In this document: piece after piece, positions 29,006 to 35,734 of the stretch
How positions within the stretch are numbered: the stretch's first letter is position 1
Layout: each line of letters opens with the position of its first letter
IMG/VR virus record: IMGVR_UViG_3300042894_003697
Length of the DNA: 64,000 nucleotides
Reading direction: 5' to 3' (one strand)
DNA from: an uncultured virus (IMG/VR IMGVR_UViG_3300042894_003697)
Lineage: Duplodnaviria > Heunggongvirae > Uroviricota > Caudoviricetes
Position numbers and translations under genes: made by a program
Notes under the pieces: model-generated
What the model was told of the DNA's origin: nothing
The model's input: the letters and a program-made list of their open reading frames with translations, nothing else
The model's database searches: none

Positions 29006-29095
29006 TGGTGGAAGACCAGGGAGTCGAACCCTGTGACCGTATTACTACGGTCTACGGATTAGCAATCCGCTGCATTACCGTCCTGCCCGTCTTCC
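29006..29095 (-). tRNA. tRNA-Ser(GCT)
   Basis: Cloverleaf with long variable arm; loop TTGCTAA. Confidence 0.92.
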
Positions 29096-29100
29096 GGTAT

Positions 29101-29175
29101 TGGTGGAGGATGGGAGGATCGAACTCCCACTACATGCTTGCAAAGCACATGTGCTCCCATTATCACTAATCCCCC
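29101..29175 (-). tRNA. tRNA-Ala(TGC)
   Basis: Cloverleaf; G3·U70. Confidence 0.93.
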
Positions 29176-29183
29176 GAATATCA

Positions 29184-29260
29184 TGGTCGGAGTACAAGGA
29201 TTCGAACCTTGGACCTCATCGTCCCAAACGATGCGAACTACCGGGCTGTTCTACACTCCG
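29184..29260 (-). tRNA. tRNA-Pro(TGG)
   Basis: Cloverleaf; C1-G72, A73. Confidence 0.93.
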
Positions 29261-29265
29261 AAAAC

Positions 29266-29496
29266 TTACTTAATTTTTCTTGCTGAATCAAGACTGATTT
29301 CGCCTGTTTGAAATTCCAACAAGGCATTAACTATAGGATAGATATGTGCAGGATTTTCACTGGCACGATGCTGACGAGCAATTTCTCTTGCACGAGCCGA
29401 AGCCAGGATAACCAACATATATCTGTCACCGCCAGAATTTTTTACACAGAGTTCTGTGTCTATTTCGGTGCCACGGCTTAATTTCGAGCGATTCAT
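29266..29496 (-). CDS. rpoZ: RNA polymerase omega subunit-like protein
   Basis: GDRYMLVILASARAREI and PIVNALLEFQTGEI match the omega motifs (N)RFxLVxxAxxRARQ and K.xxxALxEIxxG; AAGGA SD. Confidence 0.75.
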   Translation of the reverse strand: MNRSKLSRGTEIDTELCVKNSGGDRYMLVILASARAREIARQHRASENPAHIYPIVNALLEFQTGEISLDSARKIK

Positions 29497-29513
29497 ATCT
29501 ATCCTTTAAAAAA

Positions 29514-29587
29514 TGGAGCGGGGTAACAGAATCGAACTGTCAGCATTAGCTTGGAAGGCTAAGGTATTACCACTATACGAACCCCGC
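29514..29587 (-). tRNA. tRNA-Gly(TCC)
   Basis: Cloverleaf; U73 and CCA. Confidence 0.93.
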
Positions 29588-29595
29588 AATTACAC

Positions 29596-29620
29596 TGGAG
29601 CGAATATGAGTTATATCCGC
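29596..29620 (-). pseudogene. tRNA-Gly remnant / 25-nt microhelix GCGGAUAU-AACUC-AUAUUCGC-UCCA
   Basis: tRNA positions 1-14 joined directly to 66-76. Confidence 0.7.
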
Positions 29621-29629
29621 TTTGATTGT

Positions 29630-29658
29630 ATTATACACTAACTTTGGTTACTTGTCAA
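29630..29658 (-). promoter_or_regulatory. Sigma70 consensus promoter for the second tRNA cluster
   Basis: TTGACA-17-TATAAT. Confidence 0.85.
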
Positions 29659-30438
29659 CTGGTGTCTGTTGCCAGTGGCTAAAACGGCATTTAATTTGCT
29701 CATATCGGCACAGGTGTACTTTTGATATGAATCTTTTAAGTTGTCAGGCATGGGAATGGTTCTGATCGGCACATTAAAACTTTTTGCCACATCCATAAAA
29801 CTCATGGTTTGTCCAGTGCCCAAATTCCATAGACCACTGGTTGTATTACATAAAAAATTCAAGTGTGTGCCAACTACTCTTGACACATGAACAAAGTCTC
29901 TTAGATAGTATTCACTACCTTCAAAAACTTCTATGTGTCCTTGTGTTTCTGCTTGACGTTTAAATTGCATAAATGGACTTGCTTGGTTGCCCTTGTGTTC
30001 TTCACCTTCGGGTCCGTACACATTGAAGTAACGGAAGCCTTGTACAATGCTTCCACTTGGATGATCACGCACATAACGTTCAAACAAGTATTTGCTCAAC
30101 GCATACGGGGTACGTGGATCAACAGGAGCGTCTTCTCTAAATGTACTGGTCAATCCGTAAACACTTGCACTGCTTGCATATTGGAAATTGACTCCATACG
30201 TTTTGCAAGCGTCATATAACTGGCGACTGAAATCAAAATTTTGTCGCATTAATTTATCAATGTCTCTTTCAGTGGTACTGCTGATAGCACCAATGTGAAT
30301 AACCCAATCCTGTTCCATTACACTGGGCAAATTTGTTTCGCCCCATTCATAAGTTGATACCGTGTGCCCAGCAGATTCTAATGCTGTCAACATGTGACTA
30401 CCAATAAAACCTTTGTGGCCGGTTAGTAATATTTTCAT
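29638..30438 (-). CDS. hldD: ADP-L-glycero-D-manno-heptose 6-epimerase-like protein
   Basis: TGHKGFIG, HIGAISSTTE, YASSASVYG, RYFNVYG…EHKG, YQKYTCAD. Confidence 0.85.
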   Translation of the reverse strand: MKILLTGHKGFIGSHMLTALESAGHTVSTYEWGETNLPSVMEQDWVIHIGAISSTTERDIDKLMRQNFDFSRQLYDACKTYGVNFQYASSASVYGLTSTFREDAPVDPRTPYALSKYLFERYVRDHPSGSIVQGFRYFNVYGPEGEEHKGNQASPFMQFKRQAETQGHIEVFEGSEYYLRDFVHVSRVVGTHLNFLCNTTSGLWNLGTGQTMSFMDVAKSFNVPIRTIPMPDNLKDSYQKYTCADMSKLNAVLATGNRHQLTSNQS

Positions 30439-30743
30439 TTAAAATATACTTCGCTATTTACAGCTTTATCATCGATCCAAATATCATAAACAGGTTTATA
30501 AAATATTAGCTTATGATATTTTGCTCCCCATTCTGTCATCTGCTTTTTAGTCAATTCTGATCTATCAACACCAGAAGCAGACCCTCTGGCTGTCCAATAA
30601 GTTATTTCATGTCCTTCATCAAACAACTTATTGATTTTTTCAATCCTATCTTTATGTGGCTGTGTTTTATCATAGTTTGCACTGCCATCATTGTTAAGAA
30701 CAATCGAACAAATTGTTCCATCAATATCTACAATGTATTTCAT
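30435..30743 (-). CDS. Small HAD-family phosphatase
   Basis: DIDGT, WTARG, KP…IDDK. Confidence 0.8.
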   Translation of the reverse strand: MKYIVDIDGTICSIVLNNDGSANYDKTQPHKDRIEKINKLFDEGHEITYWTARGSASGVDRSELTKKQMTEWGAKYHKLIFYKPVYDIWIDDKAVNSEVYFK

Positions 30744-31096
30744 AATTGACTATCGCCCGGCATAACTCTATAATTATCTTCTACTGAATCTGCTGTGCTT
30801 ACTTCAATAATGGTACCTGCTTCTAAACAAACTATTTGATGCGGCTCCAATGGCTGATTGCGCCACACATCACCCGAAGTTAAGATACTAGAGTCTTGAT
30901 GGGCGTCTTTGGTGTCAATGGTAATAACTTTGAATCGCCCATCTAATACATACCAGGTCTCATCTTTCTCTGCATGAAAGTGCATACTAAACTTGGCACC
31001 AGTATTAAACTTTAATAGTTTACCGCAGTACTTGTCATTGGTGGCCCAGATCAATTCAGAACCCCAACCTTTCTCTACAAATCCATCTAATCTCAT
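30740..31096 (-). CDS. Cupin-fold sugar isomerase-like protein
   Basis: KGWG.E, SMHFHAEKDETW, EVST…DNYR. Confidence 0.8.
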   Translation of the reverse strand: MRLDGFVEKGWGSELIWATNDKYCGKLLKFNTGAKFSMHFHAEKDETWYVLDGRFKVITIDTKDAHQDSSILTSGDVWRNQPLEPHQIVCLEAGTIIEVSTADSVEDNYRVMPGDSQL

Positions 31097-31857
31097 TTGA
31101 TTTCCTCTAATGTTGGCGCATAAACCCCAATATGTTGTACAGTGACCGCACTGGCATCAATTGCAAATTTAGTTGACTGTAGCAAATTTTTTGTATTGAC
31201 ATATTGATATGCAAATGCTGCAAGAAATGTATCTCCAGCACCTGTAACATCTGCAACTTCTACACCAGGTGCGGCACAGTCAATGTCATGATGTACTACT
31301 CTGGCACCTTTGCTTCCGCGAGTGACAATTAGTCCGCTGCACTCACTTTTGAGTTTACTATATTCAAGTTCATTGATCTTGACCCAAGCGCCTTGCAATC
31401 GTGCCAGGTCTGTTTTCTTGGTATCAATGAATACTGGACATTTAACTGTGGCAATAATTTGTTCCATTAGTTCGTAACTAATTGTGCCCTTGTCATAGTC
31501 ACTGATGACCACTGCATCATATGCATCAAGCATGTCTGTATCAAACATAACAGGAGTTGACTCAACGTCTTTGTCTATTCGAATAATCTGTTGCTTACTG
31601 CGCTCGTCGATAAGTCTAGTCTTGGTGCTGGTCTCACCAAATTGATAGTGTACATCACATCCTAGTGCTTCTAAGTTATTAAACACATTGCCAGCCATGC
31701 CATTGCGCTCTTCTGTACGAGTGGGAACAAATACAGGCACCGGAGCTTCTGGACTGAGACGATCTACAGTGCCATACTGATAGATATCCTTGCAGTTATC
31801 GCCTATTAGCAATATCTTGAATTGTGTTTGTTGTTGAATAATTGCCGACTCTGTCAT
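31093..31857 (-). CDS. PfkB-family heptose-7-phosphate kinase (RfaE/HldE domain I-like)
   Basis: RLSPEAPVPV, SDYDKG, DVTGAGDTF. Confidence 0.9.
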   Translation of the reverse strand: MTESAIIQQQTQFKILLIGDNCKDIYQYGTVDRLSPEAPVPVFVPTRTEERNGMAGNVFNNLEALGCDVHYQFGETSTKTRLIDERSKQQIIRIDKDVESTPVMFDTDMLDAYDAVVISDYDKGTISYELMEQIIATVKCPVFIDTKKTDLARLQGAWVKINELEYSKLKSECSGLIVTRGSKGARVVHHDIDCAAPGVEVADVTGAGDTFLAAFAYQYVNTKNLLQSTKFAIDASAVTVQHIGVYAPTLEEIK

Positions 31858-32197
31858 AAAATATCACTTGATTTACGTGTTCTTGTCCAACTATGCTTTT
31901 ACCTTGCCAGTCACTGCCTTTGACCATGATGTCTGGTTTGTCCAGTTTAATTAGTTCTATTAACTCTTCTGATGAATTAAAGATTTTAACATAGTCTACA
32001 CATTTTAAACTATTCAGCATAAACATACGATCTATTTGGTTGTTTATGGGTCGAGTAGATCCTTTGAGTTTTCGAACACGTTCGTCAGAGTCAATGCAAA
32101 CTAAAAGATAGTCGCCTTGGTTTTTTGCATACTGTAGCATTTCTAAATGTCCACGATGCAATATATCAAATGTTCCGTTTACTATTATTTTGGTCAT
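31796..32197 (-). CDS. Nucleotidyltransferase (RfaE/HldE domain II-like)
   Basis: NGTFDILHRGH, LKGSTRPIN, VKGSDW, YSTT. Confidence 0.9.
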   Translation of the reverse strand: MTKIIVNGTFDILHRGHLEMLQYAKNQGDYLLVCIDSDERVRKLKGSTRPINNQIDRMFMLNSLKCVDYVKIFNSSEELIELIKLDKPDIMVKGSDWQGKSIVGQEHVNQVIFYDRVGNYSTTNTIQDIANRR

Positions 32198-32203
32198 ACT
32201 ATT

Positions 32204-32280
32204 TGGCCTGACTGGAGGGATTTGAACCCCCGACCGACGGATTAGAAATCCGTTGCTCTATCCTACTGAGCTACAGTCAG
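32204..32280 (-). tRNA. tRNA-Arg(TCT)
   Basis: Cloverleaf; loop TTTCTAA. Confidence 0.93.
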
Positions 32281-32284
32281 AAAT

Positions 32285-32382
32285 TACCATATAAAAACAC
32301 ACTATAAAACACCCTGGTTGTTAAGTGTCACTACCGTCCCGGTACCACCCGGGGTAAGCGTGTAATGTGTTTTTATATGGTA
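32285..32382 (-). ncRNA. Hairpin RNA family, copy A (core CACAUUA/UAGUGUG)
   Basis: 20-bp inverted repeat 32285-32304/32363-32382; one G·U pair on the minus strand. Confidence 0.6.
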
Positions 32383-32453
32383 GGACGTATTGGATTTGAA
32401 CCAATGACCAATAGATTAAAAGTCTACTGCTCTACCAACTGAGCTAACGTCCC
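32378..32453 (-). tRNA. tRNA-Lys(TTT)
   Basis: Cloverleaf; loop CTTTTAA. Confidence 0.93.
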
Positions 32454-32494
32454 ACTGCTCTTTTCACTGTCCATTTGGACTCTCCTTACTTTAA

Positions 32495-32581
32495 AGCATA
32501 TTGAAACACACTAACTACCTTGGTATGTACTCAAGTTCATGGAACCGCTACGACCCTATCTTTAATGTGCTTCAATATGCT
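32495..32581 (-). ncRNA. Hairpin RNA family, copy B
   Basis: 20-bp inverted repeat 32495-32514/32562-32581; two G·U pairs on the minus strand. Confidence 0.6.
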
Positions 32582-32830
32582 CTGCATCCCCCGGCGGTAA
32601 TTATAGAGTATCAAGATATGACGCTATCATACCCATCACACACTCCTTCCACCCGCTTCCCGACAGGGACCGTTCTCGTATTGCTAACGCCGGTTAGGTT
32701 AGACCGCCGGTTACCCGGAAGCAGATTCACCATCCCCATTACTGGGGGCAGGCTCTTGCTCGAACCACCCGTACTTGTCACGTACTTCATCCTGTGGGTC
32801 ACAGTAGCCGACGACACTCGGCATGTTCTT
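32582..32830 (-). ncRNA. Unnamed GC-rich structured RNA
   Basis: Multiple hairpins, including two GUAA tetraloops on the minus strand; 8-bp long-range helix; lies inside the tRNA operon. Confidence 0.6.
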
Positions 32831-32906
32831 TGGCTCCTCGACCTGGGTTCGAACCAGGGACAACTTGATTAACAGTCAAGTGCTCTACCAACTGAGCTAT
32901 CAAGGA
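32831..32906 (-). tRNA. tRNA-Asn(GTT)
   Basis: Cloverleaf; U1-A72, G73. Confidence 0.93.
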
Positions 32907-32911
32907 ATAAA

Positions 32912-33110
32912 TTAGTTGTCTAGCTACTCTCACCACAAGAGCCCTAGACCGAGCAGTTACTCTGTCCACCTTTTTTTTTATTTAGACGGACAAGGTCCGC
33001 CTTTGTGATTTCTCAAGTCGCTTTCAATCAAGCCTTAGCGGTAGATCCAATGCACCGAGCTATTAAGGTGTTGCAATTACCTAACTCTTTTACGTTTAGT
33101 TAACACGGGA
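32912..33110 (-). ncRNA. Unnamed structured RNA
   Basis: Hairpins GGCGGAC/GUCCGUC, GUCUAG/CUAGAC and CUCU/AGAG; no credible ORF. Confidence 0.5.
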
Positions 33111-33112
33111 TT

Positions 33113-33188
33113 TGGTTGCAGAGGAGGGATTCGAACCCCCGACCTCCAGGTTATGAGCCTGGCCAGATACCACTTCTAACACTCTGCG
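33113..33188 (-). tRNA. Initiator-type tRNA-fMet(CAT)
   Basis: C1·A72 mismatch; loop CTCATAA. Confidence 0.9.
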
Positions 33189-33197
33189 ATAACTTAT

Positions 33198-33272
33198 TGG
33201 CAGGGGGTATAGGGATCGAACCTATGCATGACGGAATCAAAATCCGTTGTCTTACCTCTTGACGAACCCCCA
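33198..33272 (-). tRNA. tRNA-Gln(TTG)
   Basis: Cloverleaf; loop TTTTGAT; G73. Confidence 0.92.
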
Positions 33273-33278
33273 ACAACA

Positions 33279-33354
33279 TGGTACTCGGTACCAGATTCGA
33301 ACTGGTGTACTCACCGTGAAAGGGTGATGTCCTGGGCCTCTAGACGAACCGAGC
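33279..33354 (-). tRNA. tRNA-Glu(TTC)
   Basis: Cloverleaf; loop CTTTCAC. Confidence 0.92.
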
Positions 33355-33363
33355 AAACTATCT

Positions 33364-33438
33364 TGGCGGTCTCAAGGGGTAACGATCCCCTTCTTCAAGC
33401 GTGACAGGCTTGTGTGCGTCCGTGAACACTTTGAGACC
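33364..33438 (-). tRNA. tRNA-Asp(GTC) with atypical T-loop (ATCGTTA)
   Basis: Cloverleaf; loop CTGTCAC; GCCA. Confidence 0.88.
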
Positions 33439-33439
33439 A

Positions 33440-33593
33440 GTATCATTGTAAAGTGCTATCGTGCATAAATTTAGACGTAGGGTGCTTCCCTGTCAAAGCC
33501 GATGCAGTTATTTCAGGATCCGTTCCCGGCCAGTTGGACCCGAATAGTGTAAGCGTCCCTACACGATACCCTAATAGCACTTTACAATGATAC
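33440..33593 (-). ncRNA. Rod-like 154-nt structured RNA
   Basis: Perfect 20-bp terminal inverted repeat 33440-33459/33574-33593 plus nested helices. Confidence 0.6.
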
Positions 33594-33653
33594 CATTTGA
33601 TGGCATCAGATTTAAATTTTTAAAGAACACAGTTAATTTCTTAACATGTGTGT

Positions 33654-33682
33654 ATTATAGCAAACTATTGATTTTAAGTCAA
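33654..33682 (-). promoter_or_regulatory. Sigma70-type promoter for the third tRNA/ncRNA cluster
   Basis: TTGACT-17-TATAAT. Confidence 0.85.
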
Positions 33683-33727
33683 CTAATACCCGTGCTAGTT
33701 GTAAGGTTATTGGTGTCCTTACATCTA

Positions 33728-34168
33728 TTAGAGTACACTATACTCGTAATTTACAGTTTCGGTGTTTTCTCTAAAAACTACTGCACCATTTTTTAAATGA
33801 AATCGCCGGGCCATTTCTGTAGGCGGGCTCAGTGTAACGAATCTATTGATAGACTGATTAGTTTGACGTATGTGATTTACTGCATCAAAAATCAAACGAC
33901 GGCCAGCACCAGGTTCATAACTCCATATAGTGTAAAATATTGCAATAACTGGATCATGAGCAACTCGGAACAATTCGTTTTCAGAAATTGGTATACTGTC
34001 CTGATAGCTTACGCATGTGATTGCAGTAACTTTATCATTGCTATCTCTACCGACAAAAATATCGCGATTGACCCCTACTCTTTCATTGTGAGGAATAGAT
34101 GGACGTACTGGATCATGAGACAACAACTCAAAAAATTTGTCAGTAGTGGATTTAATTAGGTGTAGCAT
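33728..34168 (-). CDS. Hypothetical protein, possible GNAT-like fold
   Basis: FYTIWSY…GAGRRLI…TLSP…ARRFHLKNGA. Confidence 0.6.
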   Translation of the reverse strand: MLHLIKSTTDKFFELLSHDPVRPSIPHNERVGVNRDIFVGRDSNDKVTAITCVSYQDSIPISENELFRVAHDPVIAIFYTIWSYEPGAGRRLIFDAVNHIRQTNQSINRFVTLSPPTEMARRFHLKNGAVVFRENTETVNYEYSVL

Positions 34169-34231
34169 GGATTCTCTCTATTTACACAAGATTGCAAAAG
34201 TTATAAAAATTTCTAGTAGATCATTAAGACA

Positions 34232-34323
34232 TGGTAGCCCCGGCGGGAATCGAACCCACATGAACCAATTATCTGTTGCTTACGGGATATAAATCCGCCG
34301 TTTTACCATTAAACTACAGGGCC
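34232..34323 (-). tRNA. Atypical 92-nt tRNA-Ile(TAT)-like RNA with an extra arm
   Basis: Acceptor, D and T arms and ACCA are intact; the anticodon region is expanded. Confidence 0.7.
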
Positions 34324-34327
34324 AATG

Positions 34328-35098
34328 TTATAAATTTTTAAACGCTTTCTTTATAATTGCACTGCGATCCAGTTTAGAATTGGCACCCAGCACAATCACT
34401 GCATACTGTTGCGTGTTGTGTTCCACCAACATGGCTACACACCACCCGGCGGCCGTAGTAAATCCAGTCTTACTCACAGTCACACGGTCAAACTCTGCCA
34501 ACAGTTGTTGAGAAGTGTGGCTAAGATTCACAGTGTTGCTACGGGTTTGGTTTGACTTTTTTAGCAATACCGTGGGCTGACTGCTGACTTCTTGTATAAA
34601 CCAATAACCGGCAGCAATCTGCACCATCTCTGCCAGATCCTGTGCAGTGGTCACATTGAACACGCCTAACCCTGATGGATCTATGAATTTAGTATTTCGA
34701 AGATCCCACATTCTAGCATGCTGATTCATTTTGGCTATAAATGCAGATCGGCCCCCAGGATAGTCCTGTGAAATGGCTTCGGCTGCACCGTTGTCACTGC
34801 TGATCAACATGGCCTGCAACAACTGCTCTCTGGTATACTGGCCTGGCGGCAATCGACTACTGGTGTTTCTCCCCAGTGTTATCGGCTGTTGTAAATCTCT
34901 ATTGTAATCCAATGTCACCATGGCAGTCATCAGCTTGGTCACACTGGCCATGGATCGCACCTGATCCACATGACGACTCAGTTCCGTGCGTTGTGCATTG
35001 ATGTTGTAGACCAACACTGTGGGCTCACTGGTGCGAGCTGTGGCATTGGTCAACACTGCACAAAAAAACACAGTAGCAAATAATTTCATATTCTTCAA
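34328..35098 (-). CDS. D-alanyl-D-alanine peptidase, family S11 (PBP7/DacA-like)
   Basis: Signal peptide; SVTK (SxxK), SDN, KTG. Confidence 0.9.
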   Translation of the reverse strand: MKNMKLFATVFFCAVLTNATARTSEPTVLVYNINAQRTELSRHVDQVRSMASVTKLMTAMVTLDYNRDLQQPITLGRNTSSRLPPGQYTREQLLQAMLISSDNGAAEAISQDYPGGRSAFIAKMNQHARMWDLRNTKFIDPSGLGVFNVTTAQDLAEMVQIAAGYWFIQEVSSQPTVLLKKSNQTRSNTVNLSHTSQQLLAEFDRVTVSKTGFTTAAGWCVAMLVEHNTQQYAVIVLGANSKLDRSAIIKKAFKNL

Positions 35099-35155
35099 TT
35101 TGTAAAAATTGTAGCAGGTGATTTACCCACACGTAACACATTGTTTCCAATGTGT

Positions 35156-35232
35156 GTATCGAAGCACACTAGCCACTCTGTTTCTTCTGTATGCCTACAG
35201 ATTGTATTCATTTGTCTAATGTGCTTCGATAC
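35156..35232 (-). ncRNA. Hairpin RNA family, copy C
   Basis: 17-bp inverted repeat 35156-35172/35216-35232 with the same U·G pair. Confidence 0.6.
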
Positions 35233-35340
35233 GATCTAATTTTTAGTCTCACACAAGAGATTCCATCCTAGTCGCCGCCCGTTTGTGCTTGTTTATAGTG
35301 TAGCACAGGACCTCGTTTCCTGTCAACACTTTAAGAAGAT

Positions 35341-35502
35341 CTATGCTAAAAGCTGATTCTTGACTCGTCTGCGATTTTCGGATTCTATCCGAGCACGTTC
35401 CAATTTGTCTTGTATCAACTGATTCAGCTGATCCGCAGTCAGAGTATGCTCTGTGGTAAACCTTACTTCGCGCATTCTTTGTTTTAAATCTGATTTCTTC
35501 AT
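35341..35502 (-). CDS. 53-aa basic/helical hypothetical protein (MKKSDLKQRM…)
   Basis: AAGGA SD directly after the terminator U-tract. Confidence 0.65.
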   Translation of the reverse strand: MKKSDLKQRMREVRFTTEHTLTADQLNQLIQDKLERARIESENRRRVKNQLLA

Positions 35503-35514
35503 TTTTTCCTTGCT

Positions 35515-35600
35515 AAAAACAAAAACCCTAGGGTTTTTAATCCTAGGGTCCTTGGAGTTTGTGAACACTGTGGTATTACACTGTGTCTTCCTGGACCCTA
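35515..35600 (-). promoter_or_regulatory. Putative attenuator (terminator/antiterminator)
   Basis: Terminator GACCCUAGG/CCUAGGGUU + UUUGUUUUU; competing 8-bp helix UAGGGUCC (35593-35600)/GGACCCUA (35544-35551). Confidence 0.7.
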
Positions 35601-35704
35601 TCAATCTCTAATGTATCACTATTCGCACCAAACAGTGACCAGCAGGCTATTGACCCTGTTTCAGGCTGAACATTGATTGTGTGATAATAGTGATGAGTAT
35701 TCAT
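35576..35704 (-). CDS. Putative 42-aa leader peptide MNTHHYYHTINVQPETGSIACWSLFGANSDTLEIDRVQEDTV
   Basis: Starts just below TTGACT-17-TGCAAT (35715-35743); its 3' codons overlap the antiterminator strand. Confidence 0.65.
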   Translation of the reverse strand: MNTHHYYHTINVQPETGSIACWSLFGANSDTLEIDRVQEDTV

Positions 35705-35734
35705 TGCAGTTGTTATTGCACGTTATTTATGATT

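Noticed and set aside
28768..29169. 133-aa plus-strand ORF
   Set aside because: Antisense to a tRNA cluster.
32501..32872. 123-aa (+) and 68-aa (-) ORFs
   Set aside because: No SD, overlap with tRNA-Asn and GC-rich hairpins; better explained as structured RNA.
32582..33110. RNase P RNA, hammerhead or glmS ribozyme, or group I intron
   Set aside because: The hallmark motifs I can check by eye (GAGGAAAGUCC; CUGAUGA with GAAA) are absent, and the flanking tRNAs are uninterrupted.
32285..35232. Hairpin family as a CRISPR or mini-array
   Set aside because: These are dispersed inverted repeats, not regularly spaced direct repeats, and no cas genes are visible.
35341..35604. 87-aa version of this ORF
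   Set aside because: The extension runs through the terminator; the SD-supported start is at 35502.
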